Below, one piece after another: positions 26,477-39,202 of a stretch of DNA of 64,000 nt (positions within the stretch are counted from its first letter, which is position 1; every line of letters starts with the position of its first letter). Made by a program: the position numbers and the translations under genes. Under the pieces are notes generated by a model. The model was not told the origin of the DNA and searched no databases. It saw only the letters and a program-made list of their open reading frames with translations. Source of the DNA: Pseudomonadota bacterium (GTDB taxonomy: Bacteria > Pseudomonadota > Gammaproteobacteria > Burkholderiales > Burkholderiaceae_A); NCBI GenBank assembly GCA_041165705.1, contig JBEAMW010000062.1:1580-65579 (forward strand), given 5' to 3'.

Positions 26477-27245
26477 GGTCCATCCCACGGCCTGTGTCGA
26501 TACATCTGCTGAGCTCCATGACGCTGTCGAAGTGGGGGCCTTCGCCATTATTGGGCCGCAGGTTCAGATCGGGGAGGGCAGCCAGATTCACCCGTTTGCC
26601 CAGGTTCTGGGCCGCACCACCCTGGGCGCGCACAACGTCGTCCACTCACACTGTGTGATTGGTGGTCCCCCTCAGGACAAAAAGTACAAAGGCGAACCCA
26701 CTCAGCTGGTGATCGGAAGCCGAAACACCTTCCGAGAGTGCTGCACCGTGAACCTCGGCACCGTTCAGGACCGGGGAGTAACGGAGGTGGGCGATGACAA
26801 CTGGATCATGGCCTACGTGCACATTGCCCACGACTGTCGGGTCGGTTCAAACACCATCATGGCCAATGCGGTCCAGCTGGCTGGGCATGTGCAGGTCGGT
26901 GACTGGGCGATTCTGGGAGGGATCACAGGCGTTCATCAGTTCGTCCGGGTAGGAGCCCACGCCATGACCGGGGCCGGGACCACCCTGATCCAAGACCTTC
27001 CTCCTTATGTGATGGCCACGGGCAACCCAGCCAGTCCGCATGGCATCAATGTGGAGGGTCTGAAGCGACGCGGGTTTTCCGAGGAGGACATCCAGGCTCT
27101 TCGCCGAGCCTACAAGCAGGTCTATAAGTCGGGCAGTACCTTGGCAGAGGCGTTGGCTGCACTGGCCCCCGAGGCCTCAGAGAGGCCCGCGCTTGGCCTC
27201 CTGCATCAGTTTCTCTCGTCGCCCGGACGGGGGATCGTTCGATAG
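26469..27245 (+). CDS. lpxA: UDP-N-acetylglucosamine acyltransferase
   Basis: Hexapeptide repeats, PQDKKY, HIAHDC, VHQF and GLKRRGF. Confidence 0.97.
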   Translation: MPKVHPTACVDTSAELHDAVEVGAFAIIGPQVQIGEGSQIHPFAQVLGRTTLGAHNVVHSHCVIGGPPQDKKYKGEPTQLVIGSRNTFRECCTVNLGTVQDRGVTEVGDDNWIMAYVHIAHDCRVGSNTIMANAVQLAGHVQVGDWAILGGITGVHQFVRVGAHAMTGAGTTLIQDLPPYVMATGNPASPHGINVEGLKRRGFSEEDIQALRRAYKQVYKSGSTLAEALAALAPEASERPALGLLHQFLSSPGRGIVR

Positions 27246-27252
27246 AGGGCGG

Positions 27253-28383
27253 ATGCGGCTCGGCCTGGTGACTGGCGAGGCCTCGGGCGATCTGATTGTT
27301 CGGGATGCCCTTGTTGGGCTTTCTCAGCGTCATCCGCAGCTGGCACTTGAGGGCGTGGGTGGCCCGGCGCTCTCAGAACTGGGCATGGACTGCTGGGCGT
27401 CCTCCGAGGCCCTGGCGGTTCGGGGCTATGTGGAGGTGCTTCAGCGACTTCCCAGTCTGCTCAGGCTGCGCTCGAGTCTGGCCGAGCGTTGGCTCCAACG
27501 GCCTCCTGCGCTCTTCCTTGGCGTCGATGCCCCCGACTTCAATCTCTCACTAGAGGCTCGCCTGAAGGCAGCGGGCATCCTAACGGCCCACTTGGTGAGT
27601 CCCAGCATCTGGGCCTGGCGCCCAGAGCGTGTGCACCAGATTGCCCGATCGGTGGACCACATGCTCTGCCTTTTTCCGATGGAGCCTGCTCTCTATGCGG
27701 GCACGGGCGTAACCCCCCACTATGTGGGCCATCCGCTGGCGGATCTGGTTCCAGCGACGCCGATGGGCGCCAGTCGGAGTGCCACTCGGCCTGTGCTCGC
27801 GCTCCTGCCAGGCTCGCGACAGGCAGAGATTGCCCGGTTAGGGCCGATTTTCTTAGAAGTGGCGCGCGCCTTCTCGACAACCCACCAGCTCCTGCTGCCG
27901 GTGGCCTCAGAGGCCACGCGGGCGCAGATCCAGCAACTCCCAAACTATCCTCAGCTGCGCGACCTCGGCCTGGTGCTCATGGGCCCGGAGAGCCCCGAGC
28001 CGGGCCGGCCGGCCTCCCATCTGGTGCTCGAGGCTGCAAGTCTTGCTCTCGTGGCAAGCGGCACGGCCACTCTGGAGGCCGCACTCTACGGTGTCCCGCA
28101 GGTGGTGGCCTATCAGGTCCCCTGGCTCACCGAGAAGCTCATGCGACGCAAGGCCATCGTGCAGCATGTAAGCCTGCCCAATCTGTTGCTTGGCCGCGCG
28201 CTGGTGCCTGAGTTTCTTCAGGCTGAGTGTGAGCCCAGGGCCTTGGGCTTGGCCCTGCGGGCGTGGCAGGACGATCCGGCGCGAGTGGCTGCCTACCAGG
28301 AGGACTGTCTCCAGCTCCTCCACAGCCTGCGTCGTGGCGCGGCCGGGCAGGTTGCTGCCACGCTGGAGGAGCTGCTCGGGTGA
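27253..28383 (+). CDS. lpxB: Lipid-A-disaccharide synthase
   Basis: GEASGD, DAPDFN, SPSIWAWR, LLPGSR, SGTATLE and SLPN. Confidence 0.95.
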   Translation: MRLGLVTGEASGDLIVRDALVGLSQRHPQLALEGVGGPALSELGMDCWASSEALAVRGYVEVLQRLPSLLRLRSSLAERWLQRPPALFLGVDAPDFNLSLEARLKAAGILTAHLVSPSIWAWRPERVHQIARSVDHMLCLFPMEPALYAGTGVTPHYVGHPLADLVPATPMGASRSATRPVLALLPGSRQAEIARLGPIFLEVARAFSTTHQLLLPVASEATRAQIQQLPNYPQLRDLGLVLMGPESPEPGRPASHLVLEAASLALVASGTATLEAALYGVPQVVAYQVPWLTEKLMRRKAIVQHVSLPNLLLGRALVPEFLQAECEPRALGLALRAWQDDPARVAAYQEDCLQLLHSLRRGAAGQVAATLEELLG

Positions 28384-28949
28384 TTGGCGTCGATGAGGCG
28401 GGGCGTGGGCCCCTGGCTGGGCCAGTCTGTGCCGCAGCGGTTGCACTTCCCTCGCATGCCGGGTCGTGGGGCCTCGCCGACTCTAAGGCCCTGAGCGCCC
28501 GACGGCGAGAGGTTCTCGCAGCCCGAATTCGAGAAGAGTCCAGGGCCTGGGGTCTTGGGTGGGCCAGCGTGGAGGAGATCGATGCGCACAACATCCTGCA
28601 GGCCAGCCTGATCGCCATGTACCGCGCGGTTGAGGCCTGTCTGGCCCAGTTGGGCCGTGTGGAGCCGATCCGGGTTGATGGCAATATTCACCCGCGCCAA
28701 CACCTCAAGTCGGCCAACTGGCAGTGGCCGACGGAGACGCTGGTGGGTGGAGATGCCGTCTGTGCAGAGATCTCGGCGGCCTCCATTCTGGCCAAGACGG
28801 CCAGAGACCTCGAAATGCGCAGGCTCGACGCGCTCTTTCCGGGCTATGGCCTGGCGCAGCACGCGGGCTATCCCACGCGGGCCCATCGGGAGGCGCTGCG
28901 GCGCCTCGGTCCTAGCCCCATTCACCGAAAGAGCTTCCGACATGCATGA
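28380..28949 (+). CDS. rnhB: Ribonuclease HII
   Basis: GVDEAGRGPLAGPV, DSK, ISAASILAK and GYPT. The GTG start overlaps the lpxB stop. Confidence 0.95.
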   Translation: MIGVDEAGRGPLAGPVCAAAVALPSHAGSWGLADSKALSARRREVLAARIREESRAWGLGWASVEEIDAHNILQASLIAMYRAVEACLAQLGRVEPIRVDGNIHPRQHLKSANWQWPTETLVGGDAVCAEISAASILAKTARDLEMRRLDALFPGYGLAQHAGYPTRAHREALRRLGPSPIHRKSFRHA

Positions 28950-29814
28950 GCTGATCTCCTCCGAACAGAACCCGCGGTTCCAGCTCTGGAAGCGCCTGGC
29001 CGTCGGATCTCGTGACCGACGCCAGTCGGGCCTGATCTGGCTGGAGGGCCAGCGTCTGGTGGAGGAGGGCCTGCTCTGGCTCTCGTGCCAGCCGACCACC
29101 TCCTCTGAGACGGCGCTCCTGATTCATCCCCAGGAGCCCTCAGCCTGGGGCGGACTGCTGGACCGCTTTTCAACCCTCCTGTCTCCGTGTCCTGAGGTCT
29201 ATGCGCTCGATCCTAAGCTCTGGCCAAGGATCAGTCAGGTGGAGCAGCCCCAGGGCGTTGCACTGGTGATGCCAAGGCCTGGGCAATCCCGTCCCCTCGA
29301 GACTGCACTCAGCGATAGATCGCCCTGGCGTGACTGGGTGGTGCTGGATGGGCTCCAAGACCCAGGCAATGTGGGCAGCCTTCTGAGGGCAGCCGTCGGC
29401 GCCGGTCTCTCGGGCGCCGTCCTGTTGAAAGGAACGACAGAAGCCTTTTCTCCTAAGGCACTTCGCGCGGGCATGGGCGCCCAGTTTCAGCTGCAGATCT
29501 GGGAAGGCCTGGGCCGAGCTGAATGGCTTGAGCAGTCCGCCCAGTGGGGGGTGCTCAATGCCCTCACCCTGGCTCCCCACGGGGCGCAGACGGTTCCGCT
29601 CTGGCGAGCGTCTGAACTGGGCCAGGCGAATCGTCTCGCCTGGGTCCTGGGCCAGGAGGGCGATGGGCTCGACTCCGCCTGGATGGCTCAGCCCAGTGCC
29701 CTCAGGCTCACCATCCCTCAGGCCGCTGGCCTTGAATCGCTGAATGTCACCACGGCGGCGGCCGTCTGCTTCTTCGAGCGGGCCCGGCTGCGCTGGGCGG
29801 CGCTGGGCGGCTAG
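28942..29814 (+). CDS. TrmH/SpoU-family RNA methyltransferase
   Basis: LDGLQDPGNVG, KALRAGMGA, LGQEG.G and ESLNV SPOUT motifs. Confidence 0.88.
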   Translation: MHELISSEQNPRFQLWKRLAVGSRDRRQSGLIWLEGQRLVEEGLLWLSCQPTTSSETALLIHPQEPSAWGGLLDRFSTLLSPCPEVYALDPKLWPRISQVEQPQGVALVMPRPGQSRPLETALSDRSPWRDWVVLDGLQDPGNVGSLLRAAVGAGLSGAVLLKGTTEAFSPKALRAGMGAQFQLQIWEGLGRAEWLEQSAQWGVLNALTLAPHGAQTVPLWRASELGQANRLAWVLGQEGDGLDSAWMAQPSALRLTIPQAAGLESLNVTTAAAVCFFERARLRWAALGG

Positions 29815-29831
29815 GGGCCCTCTCGGCGACT

Positions 29832-29852
29832 CGGGGCGCTATTCGCGCCTCG
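29832..29852. terminator. GC-rich hairpin between convergent trmH-family gene and ppsR
   Basis: CGGGGCGC-TATTC-GCGCCTCG forms an 8-bp stem with one G-U pair; there is no clear U-tract. Confidence 0.35.
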
Positions 29853-29876
29853 GTGCCCTATTGGTTACTGCGGGCG

Positions 29877-30707
29877 CTATCGGCCCAGGGCGAGGCTGGA
29901 GAGGATGGTGGTGGCAATCTCTTCAATCGACTTCGTGGTCGTGGAGAGCCACGGAATACCTTCGCGCTTCATCATCCGCTCCGCAGAATCCACCTCATAG
30001 CGGCAGTTTTCAAGGGCGGCATATTTCGACCCGGGCCTGCGTTCGTTTCGAATGTCGGAGAGGCGCATCGGATCGATGGTGAGCCCGAAGCATTTCCTGA
30101 GATAGGGGCCGATCGCTGCAGGAAGGCTGTTGCGCTCAAAGTCGTCTGGGATCAGAGGGTAGTTCGCCACCTTAATCCCATACTGCATCGATAGATACAG
30201 GCTGGTGGGGGTCTTTCCACTGCGAGAGACACCCACAAGGATCACCTCAGCCTGGTCGAGGTTTCGAGAGGACTGACCATCATCGTGGGCCAAGGAGAAG
30301 TTGATGGCCTCGATCCGGTTTTTATAGGCATCCGAGTCTGTGGCGTGATGAAAGCGCCCAATGGTGTGGCTGGACTTCACGCCCAGTTCGGTCTCCAAAG
30401 GGACCACAAAGGCCTGAAAGAGGTCGAGGTGCAGGGCGTTGGACTGCTTGATCCGACTTGAGATCTCTGGATTCACCAGGGTGGAGAACACCAGGGGGCG
30501 GCGCCCGTCTTCTTCTCCCTGCTGGGTGATCACCAGCGCGGCCTGGTCAGCCTTGTCCACCGAGTCAATAAAGGGCAGGCGGCGCGGTTTGAATTTGAGC
30601 TGATCGAACTGGGCCAAGATGGAAGAGGCCAGGGTCTCAGCGGTAATTCCCGTCCCGTCGGAGACAAAGAACACAGTCCTTCCTGCGGCTTGAACCGGCT
30701 GGGTCAT
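29877..30707 (-). CDS. ppsR: PEP synthase regulatory protein (kinase/pyrophosphorylase, DUF299)
   Basis: SDGTGITAE, HDDG and GVSRSGKTPTSLY; divergent from ppsA. Confidence 0.94.
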   Translation of the reverse strand: MTQPVQAAGRTVFFVSDGTGITAETLASSILAQFDQLKFKPRRLPFIDSVDKADQAALVITQQGEEDGRRPLVFSTLVNPEISSRIKQSNALHLDLFQAFVVPLETELGVKSSHTIGRFHHATDSDAYKNRIEAINFSLAHDDGQSSRNLDQAEVILVGVSRSGKTPTSLYLSMQYGIKVANYPLIPDDFERNSLPAAIGPYLRKCFGLTIDPMRLSDIRNERRPGSKYAALENCRYEVDSAERMMKREGIPWLSTTTKSIEEIATTILSSLALGR

Positions 30708-30755
30708 TTAAAATCTCCCTAACTGACATATTTTTTACATCTTAGGGGACTTTGT

Positions 30756-33167
30756 ATGACTCAGCTTGGAAGCCGTCTGGTGGTTCCGTTCGAGGAACTC
30801 CGCATGACGGACGTCGATTCGGTCGGCGGAAAGAACGCCTCTCTTGGCGAAATGATCAGCCAACTTGCCGCAGCCGGTGTGCGGGTGCCGGGCGGATTTG
30901 CCACGACCGCCCACGCCTTTCGGGAGTTTCTCAGCCATGGTGGCCTCGGCCAGCGGATCGCCCAGCGGCTCGAGGGCCTCAACACCGAGGACGTCCGCGC
31001 GCTCACCGCCTGCGGGGCGGAGATTCGTCAGTGGATTGTGGAAACCCCCTTGCCCCCAGCATTAGAGTCTGAGATTCGGGCCCATTTCGATCAGATGGTG
31101 AAAGGCGATGCAGGCGTCTCTCTGGCGGTTCGATCCTCTGCTACCGCGGAAGATCTGCCCGATGCGTCCTTCGCCGGTCAGCAGGAGACCTACCTCAACG
31201 TGGTGGGGATTGATGACGTGCTGGACAAGATTCGTCATGTCTTTGCCTCGCTCTACAACGATCGTGCGATCAGTTATCGCGTTCACAAGGGCTTCACCCA
31301 TGCCGAGGTGGCCCTCTCTGCAGGAATTCAGCGCATGGTTCGGTCCGACCTGGGCGCAGCCGGGGTGATGTTCACCATGGACACCGAGTCCGGTTTCGAT
31401 CAGGTGGTGTTTATTACCAGCTCCTACGGCCTGGGCGAGACGGTGGTGCAGGGAGCGGTGAATCCTGATGAGTTCTATGTACACAAGCCCATGCTGGCCG
31501 CGGGCAAGTTCCCGGTGATTCGTCGCCAGATTGGCAGCAAGCTCATCAAGATGATCTTTGCTACGGATTCCGAAAAGGCCGCCTCCGGAAAGTCCGTGGT
31601 CACCGTGGATGTGCCTCAGGACGCGCGCAATCGATACTCGCTGAGCCATGACCAGACCATTGAGCTCGCAAAGTACGCAGTCATCATTGAGAAACACTAC
31701 GGTCGGCCCATGGATATTGAGTGGGGCCTGGACGGCCGGGATGGCCAGCTCTTTATCCTGCAGGCTCGTCCCGAGACCGTGAAGTCTCAGCAGTCTAAGT
31801 CGGACCGCCAGCAGCGCTTCAAGCTAAAGGGCCACGGCCAGGTGCTCACCTCGGGCAGAGCGATTGGTCAGCGAATTGGTTCGGGCCCTGTGCGGGTGAT
31901 CGCCGATGCCAGCGAGATGGAGCGGGTTCAGCCCGGCGATGTATTGGTTACCGACATGACTGACCCCAACTGGGAGCCCGTGATGAAGCGGGCCGCGGCC
32001 ATCGTCACCAATCGCGGGGGACGCACCTGCCATGCCGCGATCATTGCTCGAGAGCTGGGCATTCCGGCCGTGGTGGGCTGCGGTGATGCCACGGATCGAG
32101 TCTCAGATGGCGCCCTCGTCACCGTCTCATGCGCAGAAGGTGACACCGGAAATGTCTATGAGGGGCTCTTGGAGACCGAGGTCTCTGAGGTAGAGACCGG
32201 CGTGCTGCCCAACATCCCGGTGAAGATCATGATGAACGTGGGCAATCCGCAGCTGGCCTTTGATTTCCAGTCGATTCCCAACGGTGGCGTCGGTCTGGCG
32301 CGCCTCGAGTTTATCATCAACAACAACATTGGGGTGCATCCCAAGGCCATTCTCGAATATCCAGCGGTTGACCCCGATCTGAAGGCCGCTGTAGAGCGCA
32401 TCGCACGAGGCCATGCCTCGCCACGCGACTTCTTCATCGATCGACTCGCAGAGGGGGTTGCCACTATTGCGGCAGCCTTCTGGCCCAAGCCCGTCATTGT
32501 GCGGATGTCCGACTTCAAGTCGAATGAGTACCGCAAGCTGATCGGCGGCTCGCGCTATGAGCCCGAGGAAGAGAATCCCATGCTCGGCTTTCGGGGCGCA
32601 TCCCGCTACATCGCCGAGGACTTCCGAGACTGTTTCGAGATGGAGGTCACGGCGCTCAAGCGTGTTCGGGAGGACATGGGCCTCACCAACATGGAGATCA
32701 TGGTGCCCTTCGTTCGCACGGTCTCCGAGGCCCAGAAGGTGAACGAGCTGCTGGCCGCGCATGGACTGGCTCGAGGAAGTGGGGCGAACTCTGAGGGCCA
32801 GGGCGGCCTCAAGCTCATCATGATGTGCGAGCTTCCCTCCAACGCGCTGTTGGCTGACGCCTTCCTGGATCACTTCGATGGCTTCTCCATCGGGTCCAAC
32901 GACCTCACGCAGCTCACCCTTGGTCTAGACCGAGACTCGGGCCTGGTGGCGAGCCTCTTCGATGAGCGTGATGCAGCGGTCAAGAAGATGCTGGAGATGG
33001 CGATCTCTGCCTGCAATGCCCGAGGCAAATATGTGGGCATCTGCGGCCAGGGCCCATCAGACCACCCAGACCTTGCTCGGTGGCTGATGGAGCAGGGTAT
33101 TCAGTCGATCTCGCTCAACCCAGATACGGTGATTGAGACCTGGCAGACGCTTGCCGCTACTGAATAA
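30756..33167 (+). CDS. ppsA: Phosphoenolpyruvate synthase
   Basis: [19 protein letters not shown], phospho-His motif GGRTCHAAI and SIGSNDLTQ. Confidence 0.98.
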   Translation: MTQLGSRLVVPFEELRMTDVDSVGGKNASLGEMISQLAAAGVRVPGGFATTAHAFREFLSHGGLGQRIAQRLEGLNTEDVRALTACGAEIRQWIVETPLPPALESEIRAHFDQMVKGDAGVSLAVRSSATAEDLPDASFAGQQETYLNVVGIDDVLDKIRHVFASLYNDRAISYRVHKGFTHAEVALSAGIQRMVRSDLGAAGVMFTMDTESGFDQVVFITSSYGLGETVVQGAVNPDEFYVHKPMLAAGKFPVIRRQIGSKLIKMIFATDSEKAASGKSVVTVDVPQDARNRYSLSHDQTIELAKYAVIIEKHYGRPMDIEWGLDGRDGQLFILQARPETVKSQQSKSDRQQRFKLKGHGQVLTSGRAIGQRIGSGPVRVIADASEMERVQPGDVLVTDMTDPNWEPVMKRAAAIVTNRGGRTCHAAIIARELGIPAVVGCGDATDRVSDGALVTVSCAEGDTGNVYEGLLETEVSEVETGVLPNIPVKIMMNVGNPQLAFDFQSIPNGGVGLARLEFIINNNIGVHPKAILEYPAVDPDLKAAVERIARGHASPRDFFIDRLAEGVATIAAAFWPKPVIVRMSDFKSNEYRKLIGGSRYEPEEENPMLGFRGASRYIAEDFRDCFEMEVTALKRVREDMGLTNMEIMVPFVRTVSEAQKVNELLAAHGLARGSGANSEGQGGLKLIMMCELPSNALLADAFLDHFDGFSIGSNDLTQLTLGLDRDSGLVASLFDERDAAVKKMLEMAISACNARGKYVGICGQGPSDHPDLARWLMEQGIQSISLNPDTVIETWQTLAATE

Positions 33168-34314
33168 CCTTCACGAGCTCACGCTTGCCACCCTTGTAGG
33201 TGAAGAGCGTGAGCGTGCCGCCCACAATGTCGCCCTTCTCATCGAAGGCAATGGGCCCCGTCACCCCATCCATTTTGAGTCCAGCCAGGGCTGGTAACAC
33301 CTTGGCGGACTCCACGGAGTTCGCCTTCTTGATCGCCTCTGCGAGGGCCATCGTCGCATCGTAGACATAGGGCGCATAGAGCTGAACCTCTACCCCCATT
33401 TCCTTTTTGAACCGCTCGCGAAAGGCCTTGTCTTTCTGCGCATACTTTCCGGTGACGCCCCCGGCCTCTGCACAGTAGACCTGGTTGTCGCCGAGGCCAT
33501 CGCCGGCGAGCTTAGGCAGGGCCGCGGTGCAGAGCCCATCCCCGCCCATCACCTTCGCTGACAAGCCCAGCTGCTTCATCTGACGGAGCAGGGGGCCTCC
33601 CACAGCGTCCATGCCCCCGAAAAACACGATATCGGGCTTCTTTCCCTTTAGGCTGGTGAGAATGGCCGTGAAGTCGGTGGCCTTGTCATTGGTGTACTCG
33701 CGGGCGATCACCTTGCCTCCCGCCGACTGAACCCCTTTGGCAAACTCATCGGCGACGCCCTGGCCATAGGCCGTGCGGTCGTCGATCACGGCGATCGACT
33801 TGCCCTTGAGGTCGGTCATGGCATACCGCCCAAGTACGCCGCCCAGGCGAACGTCATCGGCGACGACCCGAAAGCTGGTCTTGTATCCCTGTCGGGTGTA
33901 CTTTGGGTTGGTAGCAGAAGGGGAGATCTGGGGAATCCCGGCCTCGTGATAGATACGAGAAGCGGGGATGGTGGTGCCTGAGTTCAGGTGACCCACAACC
34001 CCAACCACCTTGGCATCCACAAGCTTCTGGGCCACAGGCGTGGCCTGTTTGGGCTCGGCCCCATCGTCCTCACTCACCAGAACAAACTGCACGGGACGGC
34101 CACCCACCTTGATACCAGCCTTGTTAAGGTCTGCGATGGCGAGCTTGGCGCCCCCCTCGTTGTCCTTGCCAAGGTGGGCCTGGTTACCCGTCATGGGGGC
34201 CACATGGCCAATCTTGATGGTGAGGGTCTGGGCCTGAAGGGGGGTGAGAAAGAGGGCTGCGCAGAGAGTGGAGAGGGCCGTCGCGGCCGTGGGACGGTTC
34301 AAGCGGATGATCAT
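33157..34314 (-). CDS. Branched-chain amino acid ABC transporter substrate-binding protein (LivK/LivJ family)
   Basis: Signal peptide, [23 protein letters not shown] and GVTG.I.FD.KGD. Confidence 0.9.
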   Translation of the reverse strand: MIIRLNRPTAATALSTLCAALFLTPLQAQTLTIKIGHVAPMTGNQAHLGKDNEGGAKLAIADLNKAGIKVGGRPVQFVLVSEDDGAEPKQATPVAQKLVDAKVVGVVGHLNSGTTIPASRIYHEAGIPQISPSATNPKYTRQGYKTSFRVVADDVRLGGVLGRYAMTDLKGKSIAVIDDRTAYGQGVADEFAKGVQSAGGKVIAREYTNDKATDFTAILTSLKGKKPDIVFFGGMDAVGGPLLRQMKQLGLSAKVMGGDGLCTAALPKLAGDGLGDNQVYCAEAGGVTGKYAQKDKAFRERFKKEMGVEVQLYAPYVYDATMALAEAIKKANSVESAKVLPALAGLKMDGVTGPIAFDEKGDIVGGTLTLFTYKGGKRELVKVIQ

Positions 34315-34363
34315 TGGAGGACTCCTCGGACTGTGATGGCAGGAGTTGAAAATCTACCGCGAA

Positions 34364-34819
34364 TCAGCCGCGCCGGGTGATGTCACGCACCAGACGCTGC
34401 TTTTCTCGCTGCCACTCCCGGTCTTTCTCGGTCGCGCGCTTGTCGTGCTGGCGTTTACCCTTGGCCAAACCCACCTCCAGCTTGATGCGGCCCTTGCTGT
34501 AATGGAGGTTGATCGGCACCAGGGCGTAGCCGGCCCGCTCCACCTTTCCAATCAGCTTGGAGATCTCCTCCGACTTCAGCAGCAGCTTTCGGGTGCGAAC
34601 TGGGTCGGGCTTGATGTGAGTGGAGGCGGTGGGAAGCGCCGAGATGTGGCAGCCAATCAGAAAGAGTTCGGCCTGCCGGATCACCACATAGGCTTCCTTG
34701 AGCTGAACCCGCCCCGCCCGAATGGCCTTGGCCTCCCATCCCTCCAGCACCAGGCCGGCTTCGAGCCGGTCCTCAATGAAGTAGTCGTGGAAAGCCTTCT
34801 TGTTATCGATGATCGACAT
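34364..34819 (-). CDS. smpB: SsrA-binding protein
   Basis: [21 protein letters not shown] and AKGK..HDKR. Confidence 0.97.
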   Translation of the reverse strand: MSIIDNKKAFHDYFIEDRLEAGLVLEGWEAKAIRAGRVQLKEAYVVIRQAELFLIGCHISALPTASTHIKPDPVRTRKLLLKSEEISKLIGKVERAGYALVPINLHYSKGRIKLEVGLAKGKRQHDKRATEKDREWQREKQRLVRDITRRG

Positions 34820-34830
34820 AAAATGCGGAT

Positions 34831-35280
34831 ATGGCTGAAGTGGTGAAGTCCGTCTTGGTTCCGTATTCCGCACAGGAGATGTTCGATCTCGTCTCGGACG
34901 TGGGGTCTTATCCCGACTTTTTACCATGGTGCGGCGGAACCGCCGTGGAGCCCCAGGAGGATGGAAGCCGACTGGAGCAGGTGCAGATCGCCTTCAAGGG
35001 CCTGCGCCAGTCCTTCACCACGCGCAATCGTCACGCGCCGGGCGAACGAATCGACATGACCCTTCATGAGGGGCCATTCAGGTCGCTTACTGGGTCATGG
35101 GTCTTTCTGCCCCTCAACGAGCGGGCCTGCAAGGTGAGCTTCTCCCTTCAGTACCACTTCTCGTCCAAGATCCTCGAGAAGCTGGTGGGGCCTGTCTTCG
35201 AGCAGATCACCACCAGCTTCGTGGATGCCTTTGTTCAGCGGGCTGACGCCCTCCATGCCAATCCCCCCGCTGCCCGTTAG
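34831..35280 (+). CDS. ratA: RatA/Coq10 START-domain protein
   Basis: [26 protein letters not shown] and FVDAF; divergent from smpB. Confidence 0.92.
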   Translation: MAEVVKSVLVPYSAQEMFDLVSDVGSYPDFLPWCGGTAVEPQEDGSRLEQVQIAFKGLRQSFTTRNRHAPGERIDMTLHEGPFRSLTGSWVFLPLNERACKVSFSLQYHFSSKILEKLVGPVFEQITTSFVDAFVQRADALHANPPAAR

Positions 35281-35593
35281 CCTGCTCTGGGCCGGGCCAG
35301 AAGGCCTGATTCGACAAGACTTTCTGGTGCCTCAGGGCGCACAGGTTGGCGACCTGCGCAGCCAGCCCGGCCTTCACCCCGACCTCGCCCGCGCCTGGGA
35401 TGAGGGCCTCACCTGCGCTCGCTTCGGCGAGCAGGTGGAGCCCGATACCTTGCTAGAGGCCTGGGACCGGATTGATCTGCTGCGGCCGCTGCTGGCCGAC
35501 CCGAAGGACGCCCGTCGCAGGCGGGTGGAGGGGCTGCGCGCAGAGCGTGCCCGACAGGGCCAGACCGATCGCTGGACCAAGAACCGGGGCTAG
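35255..35593 (+). CDS. ratB: RnfH/RatB ubiquitin-like protein
   Basis: FGE.V..D..L...DRI...RPL.ADPK..RRRR; follows ratA. Confidence 0.78.
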   Translation: MPIPPLPVSLLWAGPEGLIRQDFLVPQGAQVGDLRSQPGLHPDLARAWDEGLTCARFGEQVEPDTLLEAWDRIDLLRPLLADPKDARRRRVEGLRAERARQGQTDRWTKNRG

Positions 35594-35642
35594 ACCGGGC
35601 GGGTGACCGAGTACAATACGGGCTTGGAAACTCTCCCACTGA

Positions 35643-37115
<1,473 letters not shown>

Positions 37116-37121
37116 CGCGGC

Positions 37122-38741
37122 ATGAGTCATCACAAGATCCTGATCCTCGACTTCGGGTCGCAGGTCACGCAGCTCATCGCACGCCGTTTGCGTGAGGCCC
37201 ATGTCTTCTGCGAGGTTCACCCTTGCGATGTCAGCAGCGAGTGGCTGCGAGAGCACGCTGCCGATGGGCAGCTCAAGGGCATCATCCTGTCGGGCAGCCA
37301 TGCCAGCGTGTACGAGGAGAGCACCGACCGGGCGCCCCAGGCCTGCTTTGAGCTGGGCATCCCAGTGTTGGGCATCTGCTATGGCATGCAGACTATGGCT
37401 GAGCAGCTGGGCGGGCGCGTTGAGACGGGCCACCAGAGAGAGTTTGGTTATGCCGAGGTCCGTGCCCGGGGCCACACCGCCTTGCTCAGGGACATTCAAG
37501 ACTTCGCCACGCCAGAGGGCCACGGCATGCTCAAGGTCTGGATGAGCCATGGCGACAAGGTGAGTGAGCTTCCGCCGGGCTTTAAGCTCATGGCCTCCAC
37601 TGAGAGCTGCCCCATTGCCGGCATGGCCGATGAGAGCCGGGGCTTCTACGCGGTGCAGTTTCACCCCGAGGTGACCCATACCCTTCAAGGCCGAGCCCTC
37701 CTGGAGCGGTTTGTCCTCGAGATCTGTCAGGCCCGCCCCGACTGGATCATGCGCAACCACATTGCAGAGGCTGTGGCCCAGATCCAAGAGCAGGTGGGTG
37801 ATGAAGAGGTGATCCTGGGCCTCTCGGGTGGAGTCGACTCGTCCGTCGCCGCCGCGCTCATCCATCGGGCCATTGGGGAGCAGCTCACCTGCATTTTTGT
37901 GGACCATGGCCTGCTTCGCCTTCATGAGGGTGATCAGGTGATGGAGATGTTTGCTGGTCGGCTCCACGCGCGAGTGATTCGAGTCGATGCCAGCGACCGA
38001 TTTCTCAGTGAGCTCGCGGGGGTGAGCGAGCCTGAGGCCAAGCGCAAGATCATTGGGCGCCTGTTCGTCGAGGTCTTCAAGGAAGAGGCCGCCAAGCTGA
38101 AGGCGGGCGGGCAGGGGCACCAGGGCGCAAGCTTTCTCGCCCAGGGCACGATTTATCCCGATGTGATTGAGTCTGGTGGCGCCAAGTCCAAGAAGGCCGT
38201 CACCATCAAGAGCCATCACAATGTGGGCGGCCTGCCGGAGCAGCTGGGCCTCAAGCTCCTAGAGCCCCTTCGGGATCTCTTCAAGGACGAGGTGCGGGAA
38301 TTGGGCGTGGCCTTGGGGCTGCCTCCGGAGATGGTCTACCGCCACCCCTTCCCAGGGCCTGGCCTCGGCGTGCGAATTCTGGGTGAGGTGAAGCGCGAGT
38401 ATGCCGACCTGCTACGCCGCGCCGACCATATCTTTATCGAGGAGCTCCGCGCCACCATCGATCCGACCACGGGTCGGTCGTGGTACGACCTCACCAGCCA
38501 GGCCTTTGCCGTCTTCCTGCCAGTCAAGAGCGTGGGCGTGATGGGGGATGGACGCACCTATGACTATGTGGTGGCGCTTCGAGCGGTGGTCACCTCCGAC
38601 TTCATGACCGCCGACTGGGCCGAGCTGCCCTATCCGCTTCTCAAGAAGGTTTCCAGCCGGATCATCAATGAGGTTCGCGGAATCAATCGGGTGACGCTCG
38701 ACATCAGCTCCAAGCCCCCTGCCACGATTGAGTGGGAATGA
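37122..38741 (+). CDS. guaA: GMP synthase (glutamine-hydrolysing)
   Basis: [29 protein letters not shown] and KPPATIEWE. Confidence 0.98.
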   Translation: MSHHKILILDFGSQVTQLIARRLREAHVFCEVHPCDVSSEWLREHAADGQLKGIILSGSHASVYEESTDRAPQACFELGIPVLGICYGMQTMAEQLGGRVETGHQREFGYAEVRARGHTALLRDIQDFATPEGHGMLKVWMSHGDKVSELPPGFKLMASTESCPIAGMADESRGFYAVQFHPEVTHTLQGRALLERFVLEICQARPDWIMRNHIAEAVAQIQEQVGDEEVILGLSGGVDSSVAAALIHRAIGEQLTCIFVDHGLLRLHEGDQVMEMFAGRLHARVIRVDASDRFLSELAGVSEPEAKRKIIGRLFVEVFKEEAAKLKAGGQGHQGASFLAQGTIYPDVIESGGAKSKKAVTIKSHHNVGGLPEQLGLKLLEPLRDLFKDEVRELGVALGLPPEMVYRHPFPGPGLGVRILGEVKREYADLLRRADHIFIEELRATIDPTTGRSWYDLTSQAFAVFLPVKSVGVMGDGRTYDYVVALRAVVTSDFMTADWAELPYPLLKKVSSRIINEVRGINRVTLDISSKPPATIEWE

Positions 38742-39202
38742 CCGACCAGGACTGGATGCATCTAGCCCTTGAGCAGGCCCATCAGTCTGCACAAGAAGGA
38801 GAAGTCCCTGTTGGTGCCGTTGTAGTCTCTGCAGCGGGAGAGCTACTGGCCGTCGGGCGCAACCGGCCCATTGGCCTGCACGACCCATCCGCACACGCCG
38901 AGGTGCAGGCGCTGAGAGCAGCGGGCCAGCGTGAGGGCAACTATCGGCTCCCCGGTGCGCGCCTTTATGTCACGCTCGAGCCCTGCCTGATGTGCGCAGG
39001 AGCCATGTTTCACGCGCGCCTAGCCGAGGTGGTGTACGGCGCCTCCGACCCAAAAACCGGGGTGGCAGGCGGTGCCCACGAGGTCTTTGGATGGTCTAGC
39101 CTCAATCATCAGACTCAGGTTCGAGGTGGCGTTCTGGCCGAAGAGTGTGGCAGCCTTCTCAGGTCTTTCTTTGCAGCGCGACGCAACGAATCCAAATCAT
39201 GA
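38738..39202 (+). CDS. tadA: tRNA adenosine(34) deaminase
   Basis: [18 protein letters not shown] and FF..RR. The ATG overlaps the guaA stop. Confidence 0.95.
   Translation: MTDQDWMHLALEQAHQSAQEGEVPVGAVVVSAAGELLAVGRNRPIGLHDPSAHAEVQALRAAGQREGNYRLPGARLYVTLEPCLMCAGAMFHARLAEVVYGASDPKTGVAGGAHEVFGWSSLNHQTQVRGGVLAEECGSLLRSFFAARRNESKS

Noticed and set aside
38700-38760. guaA 3' end as a genomic-island integration hotspot
   Set aside because: tadA overlaps the guaA stop directly; there is no integrase or duplicated att sequence.
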